Counted from the stretch's first letter, positions 39,991-49,846 are shown. The stretch: 64,000 nt of DNA from Candidatus Rariloculaceae bacterium (GCA_965205045.1 OZ242031.1:1628044-1692043); one strand, 5' to 3'. Translations and numbers: made by a program. Notes: generated by a model from the sequence alone, not told the origin.

Positions 39991-41001
39991 ATGGACAAGC
40001 TGCGGGACATCCAGGACCGACTCATGAAGCTCATGCTGGGCCGCCCGCGCATGGTGCGGGACCTGCTCGCGCTGCTGCCCGCGGAATGGACCGCGGCGGT
40101 GGACGCCTCCGTGCTTCGCGAGCTGCCCACCGAGTTCATCGGCGCGCGCGGCGACAAGCGCGTCGCGGACCTGTGCTGGATTGCGGAGGGTCCCGGCCGG
40201 GACCCGGTGATCGTGCTCATCGAGAACCAGTCCGCGCCCGACCGGCGCATGGCAGCGAGGGCGATGACGCGCACCGGCCTGCTCTACGAATCGCTCGGGG
40301 CAGCCGCGCGGGGGCCGGACCGGAAATTCCCGCCGCTGCTGATCGTCGTGGTGTACACGGGGGGGCGGCCCTGGCGAGTGCCGGACGACCTGACCGGCCT
40401 GGTGCGCGTGCCGGCCGGCCACCTGCTGTCGGTTCCCGTCGGCCCCCGCCACGCGCGGCTTGATTTGCGGGACCCCGCGGCGCAGTATCCCGAGCAAGGC
40501 AACCGCATGGCGGCACTGGCGCGGTTGGTGTTCGCGGAGTCGTATGCCGACGCCATCCGCCTTCTCGGCGAAGTGCGCGGATGGCTGGACTTCGGAGACG
40601 AGGACGAGGAGCGCCTGTTCCAGTGCTACCTGGACTGGTTCCAGGCGGTCGCCCCGGAGCTCCGCCCGCGGGACTGGAACCCGGAGCGCGAGAGGAAACT
40701 GGAGGAACTGATGGCCGAACAATCGATACTGCAGAGGAACAACGAGCGGTGGCTCAAACGCCATCGGCAGGAGTTGTTGGCGGAAGGTCGGCGCGAGGCG
40801 GTCGCCGAGGGTCGGCGGGAGGCGCTCGTGCGGCTGGCGGCGCGACGTTTCGGCGCCGACACCGGGCGGCGGCTCGAAGCCCGGTTGAGGGCGGTGGAGG
40901 GTCTCGGCCTCCTCGACCGCGTGGGCGATCTAATCGTGGACAGCAAGACCGGCGAGCAGTTGCTCGGCGGAATCGACCGCGCCGGCGTGAACTTGGGCTG
41001 A
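39991..41001 (+). CDS. Rpn family (YhgA-like, Transposase_31) PD-(D/E)XK nuclease with DUF4351-like C-terminus, copy 1
   Basis: Start at ATG 39991 (MDKLRDIQDRLMKLML). Nuclease core is ADLCW...VIVLIENQS. The C-terminus has AEGRREAV repeats followed by LVRLAARRFG. Divergent from kinase B. Confidence 0.85.
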   Translation: MDKLRDIQDRLMKLMLGRPRMVRDLLALLPAEWTAAVDASVLRELPTEFIGARGDKRVADLCWIAEGPGRDPVIVLIENQSAPDRRMAARAMTRTGLLYESLGAAARGPDRKFPPLLIVVVYTGGRPWRVPDDLTGLVRVPAGHLLSVPVGPRHARLDLRDPAAQYPEQGNRMAALARLVFAESYADAIRLLGEVRGWLDFGDEDEERLFQCYLDWFQAVAPELRPRDWNPERERKLEELMAEQSILQRNNERWLKRHRQELLAEGRREAVAEGRREALVRLAARRFGADTGRRLEARLRAVEGLGLLDRVGDLIVDSKTGEQLLGGIDRAGVNLG

Positions 41002-41231
41002 CGCGGCGCGGCGCCCACCTCTTGCCTCGCGGTATTGGAACCGATGTCGGGATGATCGAAACGCGCCAGCGAACTGGTTTCGTCGACTAAGCGGCCGACC
41101 CTTATCGGAAACCGGCCTTGTCCATGACCGCGGTGACGGTGACCCGGTTGTCGGCGACACTTTGGATGAGCGTTCCGCCTCGGCTTACTTCAATCATCGC
41201 AGCCAGGTTGAACTTGCACCCATAAAGGCGC

Positions 41232-41262
41232 ATTCTATATTCTGGATTCTAGAATATAGAAT
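41232..41262. promoter_or_regulatory. perfect 12-bp inverted repeat with 7-bp spacer, candidate operator
   Basis: attctatattct-ggattct-agaatatagaat ends 5 nt before the GTG start of the 41268 wHTH ORF. Confidence 0.5.
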
Positions 41263-41267
41263 AAGCT

Positions 41268-41789
41268 GTGGGTATCGCCCCCCAAGACGTTCTGGTGCTG
41301 TTGAAGCTCGTGGCCATGGGCCCGCGGGCTTGGTCGTACAGTGAACTCGCCATCGAGCTCGGAATGAGTCCCTCTCAAGCGCACTCGGCCGTCCAACGCG
41401 CTCTGTCCGCGCGACTGGCGCTCCGGCGCAATGGCCGAATAACGCCCCAGACAACCAACCTGAAGGAGTTCCTCGTCCATGGCCTGAAGTATCTCTGCAT
41501 CCCCCAGCGTGGAGAACTCACGCGCGGAATACCGACTGCCCACGGCGCGCCGCCACTCGCCAATCTGCTGATCGAGCCTCAGGACGTTGTTCCAGTCTGG
41601 CCTCATCCGGAAGGCAACGTTCGCGGCGAATCCTTCTCGCCGATCTTCCGGTCGGCGCCGGAAGCCGCGTTGCGGGACAGGAAGCTATACCAACTCTTGG
41701 CGCTTGTGGATGCGATTCGAGGCGGTCGGCACCGCGAGCGCTCCCTGGCCGCGCGGGAACTCGGCGAGCGGCTGAAGGCTTATGGTTAG
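41268..41789 (+). CDS. hypothetical wHTH protein
   Basis: 173 aa. The N-terminus DVLVLLKLVAMGPRAWSYSELAIELGMSPSQAHSAVQRALSARLA is HTH-like. Confidence 0.5.
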   Translation: MGIAPQDVLVLLKLVAMGPRAWSYSELAIELGMSPSQAHSAVQRALSARLALRRNGRITPQTTNLKEFLVHGLKYLCIPQRGELTRGIPTAHGAPPLANLLIEPQDVVPVWPHPEGNVRGESFSPIFRSAPEAALRDRKLYQLLALVDAIRGGRHRERSLAARELGERLKAYG

Positions 41790-42354
41790 AGTCCGGCACC
41801 CATACGCGGAATCTTTCTCAGGCGCGTTGGTAGTCGTTGAAGAGATGAGAAGCCGCGTCCGCTTCCACCGATTTGGGCTGAGAACCTAAAGACACACAAT
41901 TGCAGTTCTTTGGCACCGGGATGTCATCATTCGTGAGGAAGTATCCAAAGGCCGCTTGTTCAGCCCCGACGAACTAGCCATCGTCCGCAGGCAGGTTGTC
42001 GTCGGGCGTGAGCCCGACGGCTACCGTAGTCCAAACCAATTCTCCTCGCGTCTCTGCTTAACGCGCTGATCGTTGTCCGGCAACATGCGCGCCTTTCTGG
42101 ATGTGGATGCCAAAAAGCAGTGTCTGCTGGTATGCTCACCGCACGGTCTATATTCCCCGCAAGAATGTATTAACCATCGATCAACGCGAAGCCAGCAACA
42201 TGGATGACATTCTGCAGGAGGAGAATCTACGGAAGTGATCGTGTCGCTAATTGCAGTGAATATGCCCTTTGTCCAAGAAATTTCTTTTTCAGTCGGTTGA
42301 TACAGTACTGTTCGCTTAGTCTGGAAAAGTAATCTGAGCGGAGATTTTGCCCAA

Positions 42355-43149
42355 ATGAACTTACGAAAGCCTGAAAGATTAGGATTAAGATTAGGAATCG
42401 CCTTAATTTGTTTTGTTTATGGATGTTCGACGCAAGGACAGACGATTTATACTGACACGATAGACCATTATTCCTTTGCTCTAGAGGCTGAGTGGGTTGA
42501 GATACCAAAATCAGTAATAGATGAATTCGTAGGTTTGGTCCTAGATCAAACAAATGGAATGCGAATCGAGTATTCGGCTGGATTCCAGTTGAATGATCGG
42601 TCCTATTTCGAGTACCCATATATCCTCATTCAGGAGCATCACGTAGATCTCAATTCGTCGTTGTACTCCGAAATCGAAAGAATGTTTACGCAAGACCATT
42701 TTCCCAGTCGTATACGGGATGCGGCTTCTGATTATCCAGAGTTTATTGATATTGATACGGTAGATGACTCATACATTGATATAGATCGAAATGTCGTCAT
42801 AACGAAGTTGTCGAGCGATGTCGCTAACGTCGGATCAGTCAACGCCATTATAGCGATGTTTTTGGGCAGGAATCAGATCACTCAGTTGAACTTCTATTGG
42901 GAGTCCATTGATCAGAATCAATGGGTACCAGTGTTCAACAGAACAATTGAATCATTCCATTACCACGACGGATATGATTACGATCCAACGATGTCCAATT
43001 CTTCCCCCCCTAGATTATTGGATATGTTTGAAAGCATGTTTAGGAGGGGATTTATTGGTGGCGCTAGTGGCTTATTCTTTGGACTGTTTGCCGTATTATT
43101 TGCTCTGGGGTGGAGGCGATTAAAGACGCTCAATGGTCAAAAAAATTAA
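42355..43149 (+). CDS. putative lipoprotein with C-terminal TM anchor (low-GC gene)
   Basis: 264 aa. Leader is LGIALICFVYGCSTQ (lipobox-like VYGC). C-terminal hydrophobic segment is GLFFGLFAVLFALGW. GC is visibly much lower than in neighbours. Confidence 0.55.
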   Translation: MNLRKPERLGLRLGIALICFVYGCSTQGQTIYTDTIDHYSFALEAEWVEIPKSVIDEFVGLVLDQTNGMRIEYSAGFQLNDRSYFEYPYILIQEHHVDLNSSLYSEIERMFTQDHFPSRIRDAASDYPEFIDIDTVDDSYIDIDRNVVITKLSSDVANVGSVNAIIAMFLGRNQITQLNFYWESIDQNQWVPVFNRTIESFHYHDGYDYDPTMSNSSPPRLLDMFESMFRRGFIGGASGLFFGLFAVLFALGWRRLKTLNGQKN

Positions 43150-43259
43150 GTCAATTAAAATATTTAGTTTATATTGTTGGTGCGAAGAAATCAATTGGTG
43201 GTGTTTTAGACATGGCTTCAAGACACATGAGGAAATAGAGACTTAACCTGCATTGGATA

Positions 43260-44654
43260 TCATCTCATTAGCCACAATAACCTGAGCAAGAACGCGCAAC
43301 CTGCGAATAACCAAACCATAACAATTGGTGCATCCATAGTGGCTTGCCATTGAAACGCCAATGGAAGGCCAAATATTGTAGGAAGTGCTATCGCTGAAAT
43401 CCTAGCCTTTAGCTTAAACCAAACGTACCACAAGAATAGAATAGATAAGATACATAGTACTATTGCCATTCCAACGGGCATGTCACTTTCAGTTAGACTG
43501 TTCCACCTGGCAGCATATCCGTATATCCAAATGGCAACGACAGAGACCGACAAGGCTCCGAAGCCAAGCTTAGCGTGACCGCGCACCATTGGAGCATTTG
43601 GTTTGTTTGATGTTTCCCGTCTATCTGGCGATGTTTTCGCGGGGCGTGATGGCGTATTGAGTAATTCCCTTAGCTCGGAACAGCTTTGTATACGATCTTC
43701 AGGAAAAAGGGCTAGGCAGCGGTCAATGGCGTCAAGCAGTTGTGCTGAAAATTGTTCAGTCCCTAAGGTTGCCGCCGACACCATCGGGTCGGGGCGGCCC
43801 CGGTGCAGGGCATAGCCGCGCTTCTCGACTGCTCGTGGTGTTGGACTCCAGGTGTTACCGTGATTTGTTTCATCTGGCACATATAAGCGTGAATCGCCAG
43901 TACATCCGCCCGCCACCATCCGCCACATCAGGGCACCCACGGCATACATATCGGTCCAAGGTCCAATTTCGCCGAGGGACGTTACCTGTTCATAGGCTGC
44001 GTATCCAGGAGTGTAAGGTGCTCGTGAACGACTGTGATGCGCGAGATAATTTTGTTTCGCTGCTCCGAAATCGATCAATACCGGATGCGCGGGATGGCCA
44101 GTTACGTCATCCTGCCTGCGAACGAATATGTTTCCGGGTTTGATGTCACGGTGAAGAACGCCCGCCCGATGAACGACAGCCAGTCCATCCAGCAGCGGCT
44201 CAATGACGGACAGCAGGTCGACTTGAGTGAACGGTTTGCCAGCTGCCTCGCGACGAAGAAGAAACTCGGACAGGGGCAATCCGTCATCGTAGTCCATGAC
44301 CAGGTACGCAGTGTCATTTTCCTCGAAATAGTTGAGGCACGAGACGATGTAGCGCTCGTTCCTGAACTTTCGCAGTTGTTCCGCCTCGTCCCTGAAACGC
44401 CGCAGCCCGTCCTCGAAGGCGGTTTGAGCCTCGGTGTTGAGAGGGCGCACGCCGGTGCCATCGTGTGCTCTCGCCGCCAATTCCGCCGGGAGAAATTCCT
44501 TTATGGCGTATAGCCAATCCGATTTGAGGTGGTGGCGCGCCAAGTACACGATGCTGAACCCGCCGCTGCCCAGCTCCGACTCGATCACGTAGTCGCGAAG
44601 CACCGTGCCGGGCGGAAGAGCGTTCAGTGATTGGGCAACGCTTCTTGACGGCAT
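43260..44654 (-). CDS. Ser/Thr protein kinase paralogue C: kinase + C-terminal 4-TM domain
   Basis: Track ORF 43260..44747; start set at ATG 44654 (MPSRSVAQSLNALPPG). Full kinase motifs. The C-terminus has about 4 hydrophobic helices homologous to the tail of paralogue G. Confidence 0.9.
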   Translation of the reverse strand: MPSRSVAQSLNALPPGTVLRDYVIESELGSGGFSIVYLARHHLKSDWLYAIKEFLPAELAARAHDGTGVRPLNTEAQTAFEDGLRRFRDEAEQLRKFRNERYIVSCLNYFEENDTAYLVMDYDDGLPLSEFLLRREAAGKPFTQVDLLSVIEPLLDGLAVVHRAGVLHRDIKPGNIFVRRQDDVTGHPAHPVLIDFGAAKQNYLAHHSRSRAPYTPGYAAYEQVTSLGEIGPWTDMYAVGALMWRMVAGGCTGDSRLYVPDETNHGNTWSPTPRAVEKRGYALHRGRPDPMVSAATLGTEQFSAQLLDAIDRCLALFPEDRIQSCSELRELLNTPSRPAKTSPDRRETSNKPNAPMVRGHAKLGFGALSVSVVAIWIYGYAARWNSLTESDMPVGMAIVLCILSILFLWYVWFKLKARISAIALPTIFGLPLAFQWQATMDAPIVMVWLFAGCAFLLRLLWLMR

Positions 44655-44990
44655 CCTGTCCGTTTTCCATGCGGCGACGATGGCCGGATTATACGTCCGA
44701 CGGAAATTCCGGCGGCGCAGGCGGCAGCAGCGTTGAAACCATGCCATTGACCCGAGACTTCAAAGCGGCGGTTCGGGTGCAGACCGGGCTCGGCATCGCG
44801 GGTGGGGCGCGGCCCGCGCTTGAACGCCCCGACGCCGCCCGTGTCGACGTGCCGCGGCATCCAGCCCCGGCGGTGGCCGACACCAAATTTCGTCAATTTC
44901 CCCGCAAAGTCACAAGATTTGCCGATTTTGCGGTCCCTTGGGAAGGCTTACCGTACCCCTTGGATACGCACGACGGGGCGACGATCACCG

Positions 44991-46043
44991 ATGGACAAGC
45001 CGCAAGACATCCGCGACCGCCTCATGAAGATCATGCTGAGCCGCCCGCGCATGGTGCGGGACCTGCTCGCGCTGCTGCCTGCGGAATGGACCGCGGCGGT
45101 GGACGCCTCCGGCCTGCGCGAGATGCCCACCGAGTTCATCGGCGCGCGCGGCGACAAGCGCATCGCCGACCTGTGCTGGCTTGCGGAGGGTTCAGGCCGG
45201 GACCCGGTGGTCTTGCTCATCGAGAACCAGGCCGCGCCCGACCGGCGCATGCCGGCGCGGGCGACGACGCGCACCGGGCTGCTCTACGAATCGCTCGGCA
45301 CCGCGGCGCGGGGACCGGACGGCAAGTTTCCGCCGCTGCTGATCGTTGTGGTATACACGGGAGACCGGCCCTGGCGGGCACCGGACGACCTGAGCGGAAT
45401 GGTGCGGATACCCGCTGGCCACCCGCTGTCGGTTCCGGTCGGCCCCCGCTACGCGCGGCTTGATTTGCGGGACCCTGCGGCGCAGTATCCCGAGCAAGGC
45501 AACCGCATGGCGGCGCTGGCGCGGCTGGCGTTCGCGGAGTCGTATGTCGACGCCATTCGCGTGCTCGGCGAATTGCGCGGATGGCTGGACTTCGGGGACG
45601 AGGACGAGGCGCGCCTGTTCCAGTGCTACCTGGACTGGTTCCACGCGACCGCGCCGGAGTTCCGTCCTCGGGATTGGAACCCGGAGCGCGAAAGGAAATT
45701 GGAGGAACTGATGGCCGAACAATCGATACTGCAGAGGAACAACGAGCGCTGGCTCAAGCGCCATCGGCAGGAGTTGTTGGAGGAAGGTCGCCGCGAAGCG
45801 ATCGCCGAGGGCCGGCGGGACGGGCTCGCGGAAGGTCGGCGGGAAGGACACGCGGAAGGTCGGCGCGAAGCGCTCGTGCGGCTGGCGGCGCGGCGCTTCG
45901 GCGCCGACACGGGGCGGCGGCTCGAAGCCCGGTTGAGGGCCGTGGAAGATCCGGGCCGCCTTGACCGGGTGGGCGACCTGATCGTGGACAGCGAGACCGG
46001 CGAGCAGTTGCTCGGCGGAATCGACCGAGCCGACGTCAACTAA
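44991..46043 (+). CDS. Rpn family PD-(D/E)XK nuclease, copy 2
   Basis: Start at ATG 44991 (MDKPQDIRDRLMKIML). Same architecture as copy 1. Four EGRRE-type octapeptide repeats. Confidence 0.85.
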   Translation: MDKPQDIRDRLMKIMLSRPRMVRDLLALLPAEWTAAVDASGLREMPTEFIGARGDKRIADLCWLAEGSGRDPVVLLIENQAAPDRRMPARATTRTGLLYESLGTAARGPDGKFPPLLIVVVYTGDRPWRAPDDLSGMVRIPAGHPLSVPVGPRYARLDLRDPAAQYPEQGNRMAALARLAFAESYVDAIRVLGELRGWLDFGDEDEARLFQCYLDWFHATAPEFRPRDWNPERERKLEELMAEQSILQRNNERWLKRHRQELLEEGRREAIAEGRRDGLAEGRREGHAEGRREALVRLAARRFGADTGRRLEARLRAVEDPGRLDRVGDLIVDSETGEQLLGGIDRADVN

Positions 46044-46218
46044 AGCTGACCCGGCGCGGCGCCCGCCACTTGCGGCGCGGTGTCGGGTCCGATGTCGGGA
46101 TGATCGGAGCGCGCCAGGTAGGCGATGCTGCCCCCTAAACTGCTGGTCTTTGCATTTGGCGCGGCATAGTGATACAAAACCTATGAACTCAGAATTTAAT
46201 TTATGTGGTTTTGTATCA

Positions 46219-46836
46219 ATGCGCCAGCCGGACACGCAGCGCGCTCGCGCCCGCATTCTGCTTCAAAGACATGGGATGATGCGCCTCAAGGAGTTCAAGG
46301 CAGCGGGTATTTCCGCAGCCACTATGAGCCGCATGCTTGAGCATGGCGAAGTGACTCGACCGTCAAGGGGGCTCTATCAACTGGTCGATGCTCCGCTTCA
46401 TGCTAACCAGAGTCTCGCGGAAGCAGCCAAGAAAATACCGAGAGGCGTAATTTGCCTCGTATCGGCTCTTGCCTACCATGGGCTGACTGATCAGCTACCC
46501 CACGCCGTCTGGATCGCTATCAGCAAACTGGACTGGGCGCCGAGACTGGACAATCCCCCCATACGTATCGTTCGGTTTACCGACGCGTACCTGGCCGATG
46601 ATGTGATGATGGAGCACATCGCCGGCGTCGAGGTGAGGATTTTCGGCGTGGCGAAGACCATCGCGGATTGCTTTCGCCATCGCCGAAAAGTGGGCCAGTC
46701 GGTGGCGCTCGAAGGGCTGCGAGAGGCGCTTCGGCAACGAAAGAGCACACCAGCCGAGATCGCCCGGCACGCGAAGCGCGGAGGCGTTGCGACCGTTCTT
46801 CGGCCCTATCTCGAGGCGCTGACCTCCGATGCATAG
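46219..46836 (+). CDS. abiEi: type IV TA system AbiEi-family antitoxin
   Basis: Start at ATG 46219. RARILLQRHGMMRLKEFKAAGISAATMSRMLEHGEVTRPSRGLYQL and VICLVSALAYHGLTDQLP are typical AbiEi. It overlaps the toxin gene by 8 nt. Confidence 0.85.
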   Translation: MRQPDTQRARARILLQRHGMMRLKEFKAAGISAATMSRMLEHGEVTRPSRGLYQLVDAPLHANQSLAEAAKKIPRGVICLVSALAYHGLTDQLPHAVWIAISKLDWAPRLDNPPIRIVRFTDAYLADDVMMEHIAGVEVRIFGVAKTIADCFRHRRKVGQSVALEGLREALRQRKSTPAEIARHAKRGGVATVLRPYLEALTSDA

Positions 46837-47707
46837 GGAAGTGACGAATATCGGGGCGTCGGTACGGGCGCGGCTGCGTCAAGTGGCGAACAGGTCCAGG
46901 CAGCCAGTTGATTTCGTGCTCACTCGTTACGCGAACGAGAGGATGCTGTATCGACTATCACAGTCGCCATATGCTGAGCGATTCGTACTGAAGGGCGCCA
47001 TGCTGCTGACGACTTGGATCGAACAGCCGTTTCGCCCTACCCGCGACCTTGACCTGCTTGGGTTTGGGGATCCCGAGCCGCAAACCGTCCTTGACGTGTT
47101 CGAAGAATTTGCCGAGATTGAATGTGACGACGGCGTTCGTTTCCGTACTGGTGGAGCGCGAGCAACTCGAATTCGCGAAGAAAACGAATACGGGGGGCTT
47201 AGAATCCGCATGGTGGCCGAAATCGATCAAGCGCGAGTTCCCATTTCGATTGATATTGGTTTCGGAGACGCCACGGTACCGGATGTTCAGGAGATTGATT
47301 ATCCGGTTTTGCTTGATATGCCGGCGCCCCGGTTGCGCGGATATGCTCCGGAGACCGTCGTGGCCGAGAAATTTCAGGCCATGGTGGCCTTTGGACTGGC
47401 CAACAGTCGAATGAAGGACTACTTCGACGTGTGGGTTCTGAGTCGTACATTCGACTTTGACCGAAGTCGGCTCGCGACGGCGATTTCGGCTACGTTCGCT
47501 CGCCGCAACACCGAAGTACCGCGGGAAACGCCGGACGGCCTGAACCGGGCGTTCGCTGACGACGCCTTGAAGCAGCAGCAGTGGACCGCATTCAAGCAAG
47601 ACATGACGCCGGATCCCGGTGCGCTGATCGATGTTATTGAGAGCCTGGGTGAATTCTTGATGCCGGCGGCGAGGACTGCTTGCCAGCGCGTCAACAACAA
47701 TTCATGA
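46829..47707 (+). CDS. abiEii: AbiEii/AbiGii-family nucleotidyltransferase toxin
   Basis: 292 aa. ASVRARLRQVANRSRQPVDFVLTRYANERMLYRL, FVLKGAMLL and RPTRDLDLLG are hallmark motifs. Confidence 0.9.
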   Translation: MHREVTNIGASVRARLRQVANRSRQPVDFVLTRYANERMLYRLSQSPYAERFVLKGAMLLTTWIEQPFRPTRDLDLLGFGDPEPQTVLDVFEEFAEIECDDGVRFRTGGARATRIREENEYGGLRIRMVAEIDQARVPISIDIGFGDATVPDVQEIDYPVLLDMPAPRLRGYAPETVVAEKFQAMVAFGLANSRMKDYFDVWVLSRTFDFDRSRLATAISATFARRNTEVPRETPDGLNRAFADDALKQQQWTAFKQDMTPDPGALIDVIESLGEFLMPAARTACQRVNNNS

Positions 47708-47805
47708 AGTCAGTTTTCTGGTTACGCGGAGATAGTCTGTACTGCTGCGATAGTCGGAATGCACGAGGCCTGGTTGGCGGAGCGGATTTCAAGGGGAATG
47801 ACGCA

Positions 47806-49846
47806 TCAACGGGAACGCTGAATCCGGGCATCCAATTCAATGCTGAGATGTTGCGCTTCGGCAAGTTGCGCACCGGACAGTTTTACAGCGATCTCATCTC
47901 GCAGGATTGCGGCTGGATCATTGCGGCGGCGTATACTCTCTGGAGCCCTTCCACAGAGGGGAAACCGGCGCAGGCGGCCAACCGCCAAGTTCGTCCATGC
48001 GTAGGCTTGGACGTTGCTCGCCCGGACACCGGCACCGCTCTTGTACATGGAGCCCAAGGAGTATTGTGCGTTAGGGTCTCCCTGTTCTGCCGCGCGGATG
48101 AACCACCGGATGGCCCGCGCGAGATCTTCCGGCACGCCATCCCCTTTGCGGTACATGTCGCCCAACTTGAATTGAGCGATGGCGTTTCCCTGTTCGGCAG
48201 CGCGGGTGTACGATGCGACGGTCTGAACGCGGTCCATATATTCTTTAGCCAAGACGTGTCCCTGCTCGTGCAAAATCCGATACGTTGGGTGATCGACTCA
48301 AGTCCATATATTCTTTAGCCAAGACGTGTCCCTGCTTGGCGGCGCGGCTGTACCAATGGACGGCCTGGGCCTGATCTTTCGGAGCGCCCGGGTCGCCACA
48401 ATGGTACATGCGGCCCAATTTGAATTGAGCCTCTGCGTCGCCCAGCACGGCAGCACGATAGTGTTGAGCGGCTGGGGGCGCCTGCTCTCGCTGCTCAGCA
48501 GCGAGGGTGAACCACTGGACAGCCTGGGTATGGTCTTTTGGCACGCCCTCGCCAAAGTAGCACATGACTCCCAACTCGCATTGGGCGTCGGCGTGTCCCT
48601 GTTCGGCGGCGCGGGTGAACCATTGGACGGCCTCGGCGTTGTCTTTCGGCGCGCCCTCGCCGTTGCAATACATAATGGCCAGCATGTATTGAGCTTCCGC
48701 GAGTCCCAACTCAGCCAGCGTTCGGAACTCTCGTAGCGTGAATTCGTATTCGCTGCGATCATATGCTTCCATTGCCGACTTGAGAACGTCCGCGTTTGCT
48801 TGCTCGCTGCGAACATCCGGCGACGTGCTATTGGGGCGAACTGATGTAATCAATAACGCCTCTAACTCACCACAATCGCGAGGGCGATCTTCAGGATACA
48901 GCGTCAGGCAATGATCGATAGCGTTCAATAGCTCGGGTGAAAACCGCCCGGCTCCCAAATCCGCCGCCGGTACCATTGGGTCCGATTTACCTTGGTGCAC
49001 CGCGTAGCCGCGCATCTCCGCCGCTCGAGGAGTCGGACTCCAAACCGATTCGCCGTCGGCCTTTTCCGATAGAAGCAGCCGGGAATCGCCGGGACACCCG
49101 CCCGCCACCATCCGCCACATCAGCGCGCCGACCGCGTAGATGTCGGTCCAAGGACCGAAGTCTCCCTCGGGCGACATCTGCTCGTACGCCGCATAGCCCG
49201 GCGTGTACGGCGCCCGCGATCGGCTGTGCCGCTCCAGGTAGTTCTGCTTTGCCGCCCCGAAGTCGATCAGCACCGGATGCGCTGGCCGACCTGTGATGTC
49301 ATCCTGCCGACGAACGAAGATGTTCCCCGGCTTGATGTCCCGGTGCAGAACTCCAGCCCGATGCACGACCGCCAACCCTTCCAGCAACGGCTCGACCACG
49401 GACAGCAGGTCGGCTTCCGTGAACGGTTGGCCCGCGGCTTCCCGGAGCCGTAGGAACTCCGACAATGGCAACCCATCGTCGTAGTCCATGACCAGGTACG
49501 CGGTGTCGTTTTCCTCGAAATAGTTGAGGCAGGAGACGATGTAGCGCTCGTTCCTGAACTTTCGCAGTTGTTCGGCCTCGTCGCGGAAACGCCGCAGGCC
49601 GTCCTCAAAGGCGCTTCGGGCCTCGGTGTTGAGCGGACGCACGCCGGTGCCTTCGCGTGCCCGCACCGCCAACTCGCCCGGGAGAAATTCCTTGATGGCG
49701 TACAGCCAGTCCGATTTGAGGTGGTGGCGCGCCAGGTACACGATGCTGAACCCGCCGCTGCCCAGCTCCGACTCGATCACGTGGTCGCGCAGCACCGTGC
49801 CCGGCGGCAGGGCGTTCAGGGATTGGGAGATGCTTTTGGACGGCAT
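47806..49846 (-). pseudogene. Ser/Thr protein kinase paralogue D (kinase + Sel1 repeats), split by a 70-bp insertion
   Basis: Upstream ORF 48245..49936 (start set at ATG 49846) ends ...QGHVLAKEYMDLSRSPN...*. The downstream ORF 47806..48273 begins MHEQGHVLAKEYMDRVQTV.... Removing 70 bp (one 35-bp repeat plus 35-bp spacer) restores one frame. Confidence 0.85.
48232..48336. repeat. 35-bp perfect direct repeat (48232-48266 and 48302-48336) flanking a 35-bp unique spacer
   Basis: gtccatatattctttagccaagacgtgtccctgct occurs twice, 70 bp apart. Read directly. Confidence 0.9.

Noticed and set aside
41060-41160. Conserved peptide-like reading (LAR(S/F)DHPDIG..TA.Q..GAAP) on the minus strand downstream of each Rpn gene, possibly a relic gene end.
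   Set aside because: The frame has no defined start and runs into the Rpn gene on the opposite strand. The conservation is explained by these 80 or so bp belonging to the repeated module. It is treated as non-coding module sequence.
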